A stretch of DNA of 64,000 nt from Candidatus Multivorans sp. (GCA_965224025.1 OZ245033.1:1536001-1600000); one strand, 5' to 3'; numbered from the stretch's first letter, positions 10,371-20,457 are shown. The notes: generated by a model from the sequence alone, not told the origin. Numbers and translations: made by a program.

Positions 10371-12746
10371 TTGTCGAGGGCGCCGGTGATTCGCTCGGAC
10401 GATGGCGCCCGGCGGTTCGGTCTGGGCGGGCTGCCGGCGGGCAAGAGCGTCGAGCTGATCGGCCTCTTCCTGCTCGCCCTGGGCGCGCTGCTGCTGCTCA
10501 GCCTGCTGAGCTACCAGCCGAGCGACCCCAGTTTCATGCGGAGCGGCGCGAACTCCGGCGAGACCGGGAACCTGATCGGTCCGGTCGGCGCCCAGGTTGC
10601 GGCTGCCGGCTACGGGATTCTGGGGCTGGCGGTCGTGGTGGTGGCGTTGGCGGTTCTCGGCCTGGGCTACCGGCTCGTGCGTGCGCGCGGCAGCTTTCCC
10701 TCGCTGCTGCAGGGCGCCGGCGTTGCCATCGCGCTGATCGCCTTGCCGACCCTGATCGATCTCGCTGTCGGGGAAGTGCAGATCCGCGGCGAGCCCCTGC
10801 TTGCCGGCGGTCTCGTGGGACGGGCGATCTCCGGTGGCATTCAGAGCCAACTGGGCGCCATCGGCGCCGCGGTGATCGCCCTGTTCGGGCTCACCTTCGG
10901 CATCGCGCTGACCATGCGAGGCAGCCTTGAGGAGTGGCTGGCCGGGGCTCTGGGCCGGCTCAAGGAACTGGTCGTCCTCCTCACGGGGAAGCTGAGGCGC
11001 GGGCCGAAGACTGCCAGGGCGAAGAAGGCCGGCCGGCGCGCGAAGACCGCCACCGCCGAGCCGCTCGCCGATTCGCCGCTTCAGGAACTCAGGCTCCGCA
11101 AGGCGCCTTCGGAAGAGAGGGTCGAGGTCCTCGGACCGAAGGCCGCGCGGCCGGAGGAGTCGGCTCCTGGCGTGGTGGCGCCGAAGGTGAATCCGCCTGC
11201 ATCCTTGGCGGCCAAGCCGACCAACGGCACGGGCGCCCAGATGGCCGACGGCCCCGAGCTGCCGCCGATCGATCTCCTGCACTGCGAGGAAGTCAACTCG
11301 GAAGTCGACGAGGATGAGGTCCGCGAACTCGGCGAGCTGATCTGTGCCCGCTGCGCGGAGTTCGGTGTCGAGGGGACGATCGAGGGGATCAGCCCCGGTC
11401 CGGTGATCACCGTGTTCGAGTTCCAGCCGGCGCCGGGGATCAAGGTCGCCCAGATCATCAACCTGCAGGACGACCTGGCGCTTTCGTTGAAGGCGGAAGC
11501 GATCCGGATCGATCGCATGCAAGGCCGCTCCACGCTCGGCATCGAAGTGCCGAACACGCGGCGAACGGTCATCCCGCTGGGTCGCCTGCTGAACGCTCCC
11601 GAGTTCCGGGCGAACACGTCGCCCCTGACCATGGCGTTGGGGCGGACTCTGCGCGGCGAACCGTACTACGCCGATCTTACGAAGATGCCGCACCTGCTGG
11701 TTGCGGGCGCCACCGGCGCCGGCAAGAGCGTCGGCCTGCAGGGGATGCTGACCTCGATTCTGTACAAGGCGCGAAGCGATGAGGTCCAGTTCATCCTGAT
11801 CGACCCGAAGCGGATTGAACTGGGGGTGTACGCGGACATTCCGCACCTGAAGACCGCGGTCGTGGTGGAGCCGAAGCAGGCTGCCAACGCTCTGCGCTGG
11901 GCGGTGGCGGAGATGGAGCGCCGCTACCGGCTGCTGGCGGAGGTCCATGTCCGATCGATCGCCTTCTACAACCAGGCGATCGCGGATCCCGAGGTGGCCC
12001 GGCGCCTGCGGCTCCGGGACGAAGAGGCGGACGAGCTCGCGGCGCCGCGCGACTTCGAACCTCTCCCGTACTACGTGATCGTGATCGACGAGCTGGCCGA
12101 CCTGATGATGGTGGCTTCGTCCGAAGTCGAGACGTCGATCGCCCGCCTCGCGCAGATGGCCCGGGCCGTCGGCATACACCTGATCGTCGCCACCCAGCGC
12201 CCGTCGGTCGACGTGCTGACCGGCACGATCAAGGCGAACTTCCCGTGCCGGCTCTCCTACGCGGCCGCCACGCGACACGACTCGCGGACGATCCTCGATC
12301 AGATCGGTGCGGAGAAGCTGCTGGGCAAGGGTGACATGCTGTTCATGCCGCCGGGCAGCGGCCGCACGATCCGTCTGCACGGCGCGTACGTCACCGAACA
12401 GGAGACGGCGGCGCTCGTCCGCTGGCTCAAGCGCCAGGGCCAGCCCAATCTGGATCCGGCGGTGCTGGAACCGCCGCCGGAAGATCGGGCGGCTGCCGGA
12501 GGTGAACACGGAGGCGGAGACGCGCTCTACGACGAGGCCACGCGGTTGGTGGTCTCGGAACGGATGGGATCGGCGAGTTTCCTTCAGCGTCGCATGAGGG
12601 TCGGCTTCTCCCGTGCCTCGCGCCTGGTCGACCTGATGGAGCAGGACGGAATCCTGGGGCCGGCCCAAGGCAGCAAGCCGCGCGATGTCCTGGTGCCGCC
12701 GGACTTCTTCGAAGAGATCGAGCAGTCGCAGATCGCCTTCGAGTAG
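10371..12746 (+). CDS. ftsK: DNA translocase FtsK
   Basis: N-terminal TMs, MPHLLVAGATGAGKS, IDELADLMM, ATQRPSVDV, GAEKLLGKGDML, C-terminal gamma domain. Confidence 0.96.
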   Translation: MSRAPVIRSDDGARRFGLGGLPAGKSVELIGLFLLALGALLLLSLLSYQPSDPSFMRSGANSGETGNLIGPVGAQVAAAGYGILGLAVVVVALAVLGLGYRLVRARGSFPSLLQGAGVAIALIALPTLIDLAVGEVQIRGEPLLAGGLVGRAISGGIQSQLGAIGAAVIALFGLTFGIALTMRGSLEEWLAGALGRLKELVVLLTGKLRRGPKTARAKKAGRRAKTATAEPLADSPLQELRLRKAPSEERVEVLGPKAARPEESAPGVVAPKVNPPASLAAKPTNGTGAQMADGPELPPIDLLHCEEVNSEVDEDEVRELGELICARCAEFGVEGTIEGISPGPVITVFEFQPAPGIKVAQIINLQDDLALSLKAEAIRIDRMQGRSTLGIEVPNTRRTVIPLGRLLNAPEFRANTSPLTMALGRTLRGEPYYADLTKMPHLLVAGATGAGKSVGLQGMLTSILYKARSDEVQFILIDPKRIELGVYADIPHLKTAVVVEPKQAANALRWAVAEMERRYRLLAEVHVRSIAFYNQAIADPEVARRLRLRDEEADELAAPRDFEPLPYYVIVIDELADLMMVASSEVETSIARLAQMARAVGIHLIVATQRPSVDVLTGTIKANFPCRLSYAAATRHDSRTILDQIGAEKLLGKGDMLFMPPGSGRTIRLHGAYVTEQETAALVRWLKRQGQPNLDPAVLEPPPEDRAAAGGEHGGGDALYDEATRLVVSERMGSASFLQRRMRVGFSRASRLVDLMEQDGILGPAQGSKPRDVLVPPDFFEEIEQSQIAFE

Positions 12747-12915
12747 GAGGCTGTGCCGAAGAACGCCACGGAGTGAGTTCTGCAGGCACGGCCTGCTACT
12801 GAGGTGGAGGATGGGGCCAGGCACCGAGTCTGCGAGGGGCTTGGCGGCGGTAGGGGCGCCGCCTGCCGGGAACGGGGACGCCGTCGCCGGCCGGTCGCGT
12901 AGTCTCCCGGGCATC

Positions 12916-13914
12916 GTGTCCGCGCCGCGACGACTCGACCGCATCGCTTTCTTCGGCACGCCCGAGTTCGCGGTCCCGGCGCTGGGCGCGCTGGAGGCTG
13001 CCGGCCGGCGGCCGCTCCTCGTCGTCAGCCAGCCGGCGCGCCGGGCGGGTCGGGGCGGCCGTCTGGCCCAACCGCCCGTGGCTCGCTGGGCGCTCGACCG
13101 GGGCGTGGACCTGCTGCAGCCGACGGGGGTGCGAGGCGCCGCCTTCCTGGGCCGGCTGGGCGACCTGAAGCTGGACTTCGCCGTGGTTGCGGCGTACGGT
13201 CGCATCTTCCCCCGCGCCCTGCTCGAACTGCCGGCGGGCGGCTGTGTGAACATTCATGCGTCGCTGCTGCCGGCCTATCGAGGCGCGTCACCGATCCAGG
13301 CCGCGATAGCGGCCGGAGAGGGGAAGACCGGTGTGACGACGATGGTCATGGAGGAAGGCCTCGACAGCGGACCGATCCTGCTTCAGGAAGAAGCGCCGAT
13401 CGGCGTGGACGAGACCGCCGGCGAGTTGTCGCCGCGGCTGGCCGCGATCGGCGCCCGACTTCTCGTCCGCACGCTCGAGGCGCTGGAAGCCGGCGCCGTC
13501 GAGCCGCGGCCGCAGCGCGACGCGGCGGCGACCTATGCCCCGATGCTGCGTTCGGAAGACGGCGTCGTGGACTGGAGGCGGGAGTCGAGAGAGATCGCCT
13601 GGCGGGTGCGCGCCTACGAGCCGTGGCCGGGGTCGCGGAGTTGGCTTCGCGGCGAGGCGGTACGGATCGTCGCGTCGCGGCCGCTGGCATCGTGTGCCGG
13701 CGGCGATGGCCGGGCCGACCTGGATCGACCTGGCGCCTTCCTCGGCTGCCGGAGAGTCGAGGGAATCGGACGGGCGCCGGTGGTCCGGTGCGGCGCCTCG
13801 TCGGCGCTGGCGCTCCGCCGGGTGCAGCGGCCGGGCGGGCGGCAGATCAGCGGCCTCGATCTGGTGAACGGGCTGCGCCTCGCAGTGGGCGAGCGCTTCG
13901 GAGCGGCGGAGTGA
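12916..13914 (+). CDS. fmt: Methionyl-tRNA formyltransferase
   Basis: IAFFGTPEFAV, VNIHASLLPAYRGASPIQ, GLDSGPIL; start approximated at GTG 12916. Confidence 0.95.
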   Translation: MSAPRRLDRIAFFGTPEFAVPALGALEAAGRRPLLVVSQPARRAGRGGRLAQPPVARWALDRGVDLLQPTGVRGAAFLGRLGDLKLDFAVVAAYGRIFPRALLELPAGGCVNIHASLLPAYRGASPIQAAIAAGEGKTGVTTMVMEEGLDSGPILLQEEAPIGVDETAGELSPRLAAIGARLLVRTLEALEAGAVEPRPQRDAAATYAPMLRSEDGVVDWRRESREIAWRVRAYEPWPGSRSWLRGEAVRIVASRPLASCAGGDGRADLDRPGAFLGCRRVEGIGRAPVVRCGASSALALRRVQRPGGRQISGLDLVNGLRLAVGERFGAAE

Positions 13915-13976
13915 CTCGTCGGCGGGCCATCCGGAATCTGGATTCCCGCGGCGGCTGGCGCCGGCGGGATACGGCG

Positions 13977-15311
13977 ATGACGGCACACGCCAAGGTCCGG
14001 GAATCGGCGGGCTTCGTGCTCGAGCGGACTCTGGATTCGAAGGCGCCCGTGTCGACGTTTCTCGACGGCGCGCTTGAACGCTGCGATCCGCGCGACCACG
14101 CGCTGCTGCGGGAACTCGTGCTCGGGACGCTGCGTTGGTTGCGCTTCATCGACCACGTCCTGGTCGCCGCCTCGCGGCGGCCGCTGGACCGCATTCAGCG
14201 GGCCCTGCTGGCGCCGCTGCGGATCGGCGCGTATCAACTCTTCTTTCTGGACCGCGTACCGGCCCACGCGGCGGTCAACGAGGCCGTTGAGCAGGCCGGA
14301 AGCCGCACTCACGCGGGCGGCGCCAGCTTCGTCAATGGCGTGCTTCGAGGGATTGCCCGCTCACCGCGCCGCGACGACTGGCCGGCCGATACCGCCGATC
14401 GGACGACGCGGTTGGGAATCCTCTACTCCCACCCGGACCTGCTGGTCGAGCGTTGGCTGAGCACCTACGGTGAGGAGCGAACGATCGCCCTGTTGGGCGC
14501 CAACAACCGTCCCAAGCCGCTGCACCTGCTCGCATTCCGCGATCGAGGCGGCCGCGCCCCGCTGGCGGAACAGTTGATCGACGATGATGTCGGAGTCGAG
14601 CCGTCGGTCCTGGCGCCGCACTGCGTGACGGTCCGGTGGGGGAATCCGCTGACTTCGGACGCCTACCGGCAGGGCGGCTTCTACGTGCAGGACGAGGCAA
14701 GTCAGTTGGCCGCGATCGTGCCGCCGCCCGAGTCCGGCGAGAGCGTGTTGGACGTGGCCGCGGCCCCGGGGGGCAAGACATTCGCGCTGCTGGCCGAGCA
14801 GCCGGACATCCGCAGCATTGCCGCTGACCAGTCCCTGCGGCGCCTGGTCACCATGAGCCGGAATGCCGCACGCCTCCAACTTCGGCCCCAGCTTCTGGCC
14901 GCGGACGGCGTTGCCCTCCCCTTCGGGCCCGTCTTCGACCGGGTCGTCGTCGACCTGCCGTGCAGCGGAACCGGCACGTTGCGCAAGCACCCCGAACTGA
15001 AGTGGCGGATCAGCGCCGGTGAGATCGAGCGGCTCTCGGCGCAGGGTCTGGCCATGGTGCGGGGCGCGTCAGAGTGTGTTCGCCCGGGAGGCCTGCTTGT
15101 CGTCATCACCTGTTCCATCGAGCCGGAGGAGAACGAGGCCGTGGCCGCGGCTTTCCTGGAGTCCCGGGCCGGTTTTCGCCGGCGGGATCTCGCGGGCGAT
15201 CTTCGCCGGCCCGAGGTGGAGCACGTCGCGGGATTCGGCGTGTGGCGTCTCCTGCCGGCCGACGATCATGACGGCTTCACGGTGCAAGTGCTCGAGCGGA
15301 CCGCCGACTGA
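13977..15311 (+). CDS. rsmB: 16S rRNA m5C967 methyltransferase RsmB/Sun with NusB-like N-terminus
   Basis: VQDEASQ, LDVAAAPGGKT, VDLPCSGTGTLRKHPE, TCSIEPEENE; follows fmt. Confidence 0.93.
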   Translation: MTAHAKVRESAGFVLERTLDSKAPVSTFLDGALERCDPRDHALLRELVLGTLRWLRFIDHVLVAASRRPLDRIQRALLAPLRIGAYQLFFLDRVPAHAAVNEAVEQAGSRTHAGGASFVNGVLRGIARSPRRDDWPADTADRTTRLGILYSHPDLLVERWLSTYGEERTIALLGANNRPKPLHLLAFRDRGGRAPLAEQLIDDDVGVEPSVLAPHCVTVRWGNPLTSDAYRQGGFYVQDEASQLAAIVPPPESGESVLDVAAAPGGKTFALLAEQPDIRSIAADQSLRRLVTMSRNAARLQLRPQLLAADGVALPFGPVFDRVVVDLPCSGTGTLRKHPELKWRISAGEIERLSAQGLAMVRGASECVRPGGLLVVITCSIEPEENEAVAAAFLESRAGFRRRDLAGDLRRPEVEHVAGFGVWRLLPADDHDGFTVQVLERTAD

Positions 15312-15411
15312 CGCGGACCTTCCAGGTTGTCTTGGAGTTCTGACCCGATCCGACAGGCGGCGTCCTGTTTCGCGCGGTGAGACGGAACGCAGCCGTAAGT
15401 CCAAGTCGGCG

Positions 15412-15441
15412 TTGACAAAGAGGGCCGTTCTGGCCTAGATT
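15412..15441 (+). promoter_or_regulatory. Putative sigma70 promoter for hup
   Basis: TTGACA(15412-17), 18 bp, TAGATT(15436-41). Confidence 0.55.
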
Positions 15442-15616
15442 CGGCGAGTGTTCTGGAGTTGGTCAAGAAATTCCCGAGCATACCGGAAGTGGAGTCCGAA
15501 TGCCAGATGCCAAGTGCCTGCCGATTCACGTACCGTGCCTCCGGCTTGAGCACTGGAAGAACGGTTGACGGGCCGATCCACACAGTTCACACCAAAGACT
15601 CTAAGGAGCACACTAG

Positions 15617-15892
15617 ATGGCCGGAAAGGCAGACATCGTAGAAGCCGTCGCCGATGGCGCGGGTTTGAGCAAGAAGCAGGCGGCGGATGCCGTCCAGTCC
15701 CTGATCGACAGCATCTCCGGCCACCTGCAGGACGGTGATCGTGTGCAACTGCCGGGCCTCGGGAGTTTCTCCGTTTCGCACCGTGCCGGCCGCATGGGCC
15801 GCAACCCGAAGACGGGCGAGTCGATCCAGATTGCCGCGAGCAACGGCGTTCGCTTCAAGGTCAGCCGTCCGCTCAAGGACGCTCTGAACTAG
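15617..15892 (+). CDS. hup: HU family DNA-binding protein
   Basis: KADIVEAVA...VQLPGLGSF...RMGRNPKTGESIQI...VRFK; AAGGAG SD upstream. Confidence 0.95.
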   Translation: MAGKADIVEAVADGAGLSKKQAADAVQSLIDSISGHLQDGDRVQLPGLGSFSVSHRAGRMGRNPKTGESIQIAASNGVRFKVSRPLKDALN

Positions 15893-15911
15893 TGGACTCG
15901 GTCCACTAGTT
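15887..15911 (+). terminator. Perfect 11-bp hairpin at the hup stop
   Basis: AACTAGTGGAC-TCG-GTCCACTAGTT; weak U-tract. Confidence 0.5.
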
Positions 15912-15925
15912 GCCGTTACAGGCCA

Positions 15926-16202
15926 CTAGACTCCTTGAACGAGCGTGGTCTTTGCAGTTGAGGCAAGTTTCAGCCAGAGCCATGCATCGATACGTCGGCT
16001 CGCGTAGCCCGCAAGGACATGCTCGTCGGTCTGAGGCGAAGCCTCGCTAGAGCTACCGGAGCCTCCGCGCGCGTCAGGGGGCTGCTCCGCAGGACCGTAT
16101 CGTTCTGTGGCGCAGCCTCCTACTACGCGGAGGGGAGCGAAAGCTCGCGCACGCCGCTGCGCGCTCGATGCCGGCCGAGAGGCCGGGCGCACCCGGTAGT
16201 TT
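15926..16202 (+). ncRNA. Candidate structured non-coding RNA (two multibranch domains)
   Basis: Stems 15939-55/16011-26, 16053-59/16193-99, 16062-69/16126-33; GAAA and GAGA tetraloop hairpins; mismatches are G-U type on the + strand. Confidence 0.5.
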
Positions 16203-16885
16203 CAGCGCACCAGGCGGTAGAAGCCGGCGAGGCGCGCGGGCTTGATGCCGGCTGCGAAGAGCAGCCAGATCAGCCAATTCGTCGCCACCGTCCGAACGAC
16301 CCCGCGTTCGATGAATCGGCGTGACGAGGTGGTAGCGCGTTGGGAGACGATCGAGATCGATCCTCGCCGACGGAGTCGCCGGATGAAGTCCAGATCTTCG
16401 AGGATGGGAAGGTCGGCGAAACCGCCGCAGCCGGCGTAGGCCGCCGCGGTGGCGAATTGCGCCTGGTCGCCGAGCGGCATACGCAGCCGCTTCGTACGGA
16501 GATCGACCAGGCGACGGCCCAGGCGCAAGAGCGGCGGCGCGGCTTCGAAGTCGACCAGGAATCCGCCGCCGACGGCCTTGCTGTCGACCGCTTGCTCTAT
16601 GGCGGGTCGAGCCGAGACGGGGAGGCGTGTGTCGGCGTGGAGGAACAGCAGAACGTCGGCGCCGGCGTCGAGCGCCAGGGCAGCGCCGGTGCGCAGTTGC
16701 AGACCACGCCCCGGTCTCGGCGCGGTCGCCACCGTGGCGCCGGCTCGCCGCGCCAGTTCCACCGTGCGATCCCGGCTGCCTCCGTCGACGACGATCAGAT
16801 CGTCGCAGTGGTTGCGGGCGGCGGCGACCGCCGCCTGCACGGCGCCCTCTTCCTGGAGCACCGGCATGACGATGGCGAGGCGCAT
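16202..16885 (-). CDS. GT2 glycosyltransferase (TIGR04283-like)
   Basis: IVVDGGSRD, GRGLQL..GA, LLFLHADTRLP, GDQAQF, GGFADLPILED. Confidence 0.85.
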   Translation of the reverse strand: MRLAIVMPVLQEEGAVQAAVAAARNHCDDLIVVDGGSRDRTVELARRAGATVATAPRPGRGLQLRTGAALALDAGADVLLFLHADTRLPVSARPAIEQAVDSKAVGGGFLVDFEAAPPLLRLGRRLVDLRTKRLRMPLGDQAQFATAAAYAGCGGFADLPILEDLDFIRRLRRRGSISIVSQRATTSSRRFIERGVVRTVATNWLIWLLFAAGIKPARLAGFYRLVR

Positions 16886-17000
16886 TCCGGGCTGTCAGGT
16901 TTGCGAGTGACCCGGGCGCCGCATGACGATGGCGAGGTGCATCGTGCGGTAGGTTAGCCGCCTCCGCGGGTCGCCTGTTGTCGCGTCCCGCATCGCCGGT

Positions 17001-17477
17001 ATGGGCGCCGACTCCTCCTTCAGCCACCTCGACCGTCGCGGGCGCGCGGCCATGGTCGATGTCTCGGCCAAAGACGTGACCCGCAGGGTGGCCGAGGCCT
17101 CCTGCCGGGTGCTGCTGTCCGCCGAGACGGTCGATCGGTTGGAAAAGCTGCCCAAGGGCGACGCCCGCACCGTGGCCCGGGTGGCCGGCGTGCAGGCAGC
17201 CAAGAGCACGGCAACCTGGGTGCCGCTCGCTCATCCATTGCCGCTGGACCAGGTGGAAGTGGAGATCGAACCCGCCGAGGGGGGCGTGGCGATTCGCAGC
17301 CGCGTGGTGGTCACCGCGCGTACCGGCGCCGAGATGGAGGCATTGACCGCGTGCGCGGCGGCATCGCTCGCGCTCTACGACATGGTCAAGTCGGTCGAAC
17401 GCGGCGCCGTGATCACCGATCTGCTGCTGGAGGCCAAGAGCGGCGGTCGAAGCGGCGAGTACCGCCGCAGCCGCTGA
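17001..17477 (+). CDS. moaC: Cyclic pyranopterin monophosphate synthase MoaC
   Basis: FSHLD..GRAAMVDVSAK, KGDA..VARVAG, TGAEMEALT, LYDMVKSV, KSGGRSG. Confidence 0.95.
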   Translation: MGADSSFSHLDRRGRAAMVDVSAKDVTRRVAEASCRVLLSAETVDRLEKLPKGDARTVARVAGVQAAKSTATWVPLAHPLPLDQVEVEIEPAEGGVAIRSRVVVTARTGAEMEALTACAAASLALYDMVKSVERGAVITDLLLEAKSGGRSGEYRRSR

Positions 17478-17483
17478 CGTAGC

Positions 17484-18668
17484 GTGGCTATCCGCTGCGG
17501 TCTCGACCGTTTGCTCGATGACGCCGGACGCCTGAAGGGCCGTCGCTACGGGCTTCTTTGCCACCAGGCGTCGCTGAGTCAGGACGGCGTCCACGCCCAC
17601 CTGGCCCTGGGAGCGGCGCAGCCGGCGGCGGCTCTGTTGGGACCGGAGCACGGCTTCTACGGCGTCGAGCAGGACATGGCCGCCTCGCGCGACGAGCGGG
17701 ATCCGTGGACGGGCTCGCCGGTGATCTCGCTCTACGGCGACAATGCCTCCAGCCTGCGTCCCCGGCCGGACGTCTTCGATGGCTGCGACCTCCTGGTGAT
17801 CGATCTCCAGGATGTGGGCGCGCGGTACTACACCTTCGCCGCCACCGCCGTGTGGACGGCCGAGGCCGCGCTCGCCGCGGGCTGCGAAGTCTGGATCCTC
17901 GACCGTCCGAACCCCCTGGGCGGCCGGGACGTGGAGGGCAACCTGCTGGACCTCGACTTCGCCTCCTTCGTGGGCGCATTTGGCATGCCGCAGCGCCACG
18001 GGTTGACGCTGGCTGAGATCGTCCTGCTGGAGGCGCGCCGACGCGGCTGGGACACCGCTTCACTCGCCGTCTTCGAGGTCGAGGGTTGGCGGCGCGAGCA
18101 GAGCTGGCGGGACACGGGCTGGCCGTGGACGGCCCCATCGCCGAACATGCCGACGCCGGACACCGCCGCCATCTACCCGGGGCTGTGCCTTTTCGAAGCG
18201 ACCACGGTGTCCGAGGGTCGCGGCACGACGAGGCCGTTTCAGCTTCTCGGGACGCCCGGCGCCGACGCGCCCGTTCTCGCCGGCCGCTGCTTGGAGCGTC
18301 TCGAAACCGCCGGACTGACCGGTGTCTCCGTCGTCCCGGCCATGTTCAGGCCCCAGTTTCAGAAGCACGCGGGGGCGGTCTGTGCCGGCGTGGAACTCCG
18401 CGTTGTCGACGCCGGGGCCGTTCGGCCGGTGCGCCTCGGGTTCGAGCTGCTGCTCGCCTTTCGCGATGTCCTGGGGCCGGCCTTCGACTGGCGCGCCGAG
18501 CCCTACGAGTTCGTGTTGGACACGCCGGCGATCGACCTGCTCGCCGGTACCGATCGCTTCCGGCTCGGCCTTGAAGCGCCGGACGCGCTCGAACGCTGGT
18601 TCGCGAGCTGGGGCGACGATGAGAGCGAGTTTCGCACCGAGCGCGAATCGGTCTTGCTGTACTCCTGA
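17484..18668 (+). CDS. DUF1343 / exo-beta-N-acetylmuramidase NamZ family protein
   Basis: GPEHGFYG, SLYG, DLQDVGARYYTF, LDRPNP, RHGLT, PSPNMPT, SEGRGTTRPF. Confidence 0.88.
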   Translation: MAIRCGLDRLLDDAGRLKGRRYGLLCHQASLSQDGVHAHLALGAAQPAAALLGPEHGFYGVEQDMAASRDERDPWTGSPVISLYGDNASSLRPRPDVFDGCDLLVIDLQDVGARYYTFAATAVWTAEAALAAGCEVWILDRPNPLGGRDVEGNLLDLDFASFVGAFGMPQRHGLTLAEIVLLEARRRGWDTASLAVFEVEGWRREQSWRDTGWPWTAPSPNMPTPDTAAIYPGLCLFEATTVSEGRGTTRPFQLLGTPGADAPVLAGRCLERLETAGLTGVSVVPAMFRPQFQKHAGAVCAGVELRVVDAGAVRPVRLGFELLLAFRDVLGPAFDWRAEPYEFVLDTPAIDLLAGTDRFRLGLEAPDALERWFASWGDDESEFRTERESVLLYS

Positions 18669-18854
18669 AGCGCTGCCACAATCCGCCGCGCGGCAGGTCG
18701 CTTCCGGTCCGGCCGTTTCTCAGCCCAGGAGCTTGCGCGGCAGAAACTGGGTGCGCGGGCCTTCTGACCCGCATCCGGCGCAAAGCGCCGGTCTCTGGGA
18801 GTTCTGCCGCGCCTAGCCCAGCCGACCCGAGCCTGAACCCCGACCCGAACCCGA

Positions 18855-20444
18855 ATGGACGTGCAGCCGATGCCGCGGATCCTGATTGCCGATTCCCTGG
18901 CGCCGGCAGGCGCCGAGTTGCTGCGCGAGAGCGCGGAAGTGGACCAGCTTCGAGACGAGGACCGTCCGCGGCTCGCCTCGTTGATCGCGAACTACGACGC
19001 GGTCATCGTGCGCAGCGGAACCCGGATCACCCGCGAAGTTCTGGAGGGTGGCGACCGTCTCAAGGTGGTGGGCCGTGCCGGCGTGGGCGTCGACAACATC
19101 GACATAGCAGCGGCTACGCAGCGGGGCGTGCTGGTGATCAACGCGCCGACCGCGAACTCGCTTTCGGCCACCGAGCACACATTCGCCCTGCTGCTGGCGC
19201 TGGCGCGGCGGATTCCGTCCGCCGACGCGTCGCTCAAGGCGGAGCGCTGGGAGCGCAAGAGCCACGTTGGCAGCGAGCTGCAGGGCAAGGCGCTCGGCGT
19301 GATCGGCTTCGGTCAGATCGGTCGGCGGGTGGCCACCCGGGCCCGGGCCTTCGAGATGGAAGTGCTCGCCTACGACCCCTTCCTGCAGGCTGAGGTAGCG
19401 CGGCGACTCGATGTCGAGCCGGTGGCTCTGCGTGATCTGCTCGCCCGGTCCGACTTCATCACCTTCCACACGCCGCTTACGGACCAGACCAGGAACATGC
19501 TCGATGAATCGCGCATTGCCCTGATGAAGGACGGCGCGGCCGTGATCAACGTCGGGCGCGGCGGTGTGGTCGACGCCGAGGCCCTTCTCGCGGCGCTCGA
19601 GTCCGGCAAGCTCGCCGGCGCGGGTCTGGACGTGTTCCCGGAGGAACCACCGACGGACTACCGGCTCGCCGCCCACCCGAACGTGGTCGCGACGCCCCAC
19701 ATCGGCGCCCAGACGACCGAGGCGCAGGAGCGCATCGCCACCGAGACGGCCCGCATGGTGCTCGCCGCGCTGCGCGGTTCGCTCGCGGTATCGGCGGTGA
19801 ATCTGCCGTTCCGTTCCTCGGGGTCTCGCGGCGAACCGTTCCTGCGGTTGGGCGAGCAACTGGGCCGGCTGGCCGCGGTTGCGCTCGGCGACAGCCTCCA
19901 GCGTATCCAGGCGGACCTGTGGGGCATCGACGACGATCTGAGGAAGTCGGTCGCGGTGGCTGCGCTCAAGGGCGCCCTGACGCCGTCCTGCGGTGAGGCG
20001 GTGAACTACGTGAATGCCGAGCGCACGGCTGCCGACCGTCGCGTCGAGCTCGTGCAGGCCACTCACAGCGACCAGGCCGCCTACGCCCACCTGGTGCGGG
20101 TAGAGGCCAGCAACGCCGAAGGGGGCAGCATTCAGGTCTCCGGAACGGTCTACCGCCGGGGTGACCTGCGAGTCGTCTCGTTCGCGGGCTTCCGGTTGGA
20201 GTTCAAGCCCCAGGGCCTTCTGCTCGTCATCCGCAACGAAGATGTCCCCGGGTTCGTGGGCCGGCTCGGCACCCTGCTCGGCGATGACGGCATCAACATC
20301 GCCGACATCCACCTGGCCCGCGAACCGGGCGCTCACGACGCCTTGGCCGTCCTGCGTCTCGACGAGGCCCCGAACAAGGCGTGCATGGCGGCGCTCCTGG
20401 CCCTGGACGAATCGATCTCGGTCGACCTCGTCGACCTCTCGTAG
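18855..20444 (+). CDS. serA: D-3-phosphoglycerate dehydrogenase (ASB + ACT domains)
   Basis: VGRAGVGVDNID, GVIGFGQIG, INVGRGG, TPHIGAQTTEAQ, NEDVPGFVGRLG ACT domain. Confidence 0.95.
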   Translation: MDVQPMPRILIADSLAPAGAELLRESAEVDQLRDEDRPRLASLIANYDAVIVRSGTRITREVLEGGDRLKVVGRAGVGVDNIDIAAATQRGVLVINAPTANSLSATEHTFALLLALARRIPSADASLKAERWERKSHVGSELQGKALGVIGFGQIGRRVATRARAFEMEVLAYDPFLQAEVARRLDVEPVALRDLLARSDFITFHTPLTDQTRNMLDESRIALMKDGAAVINVGRGGVVDAEALLAALESGKLAGAGLDVFPEEPPTDYRLAAHPNVVATPHIGAQTTEAQERIATETARMVLAALRGSLAVSAVNLPFRSSGSRGEPFLRLGEQLGRLAAVALGDSLQRIQADLWGIDDDLRKSVAVAALKGALTPSCGEAVNYVNAERTAADRRVELVQATHSDQAAYAHLVRVEASNAEGGSIQVSGTVYRRGDLRVVSFAGFRLEFKPQGLLLVIRNEDVPGFVGRLGTLLGDDGINIADIHLAREPGAHDALAVLRLDEAPNKACMAALLALDESISVDLVDLS

Positions 20445-20457
20445 TCGGAACCGGGCA

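Noticed and set aside
15926-16202. tmRNA, RNase P, SRP or 6S identity for the structured region
   Set aside because: No tRNA-like ends or CCA, no GAGGAAAGUCC, no SRP domain IV motif, and not a single rod with a central bubble.
18820-18854. Hexamer-like CCCGAA/CCCGAG repeats before serA
   Set aside because: Short and degenerate; compatible with chance low complexity.
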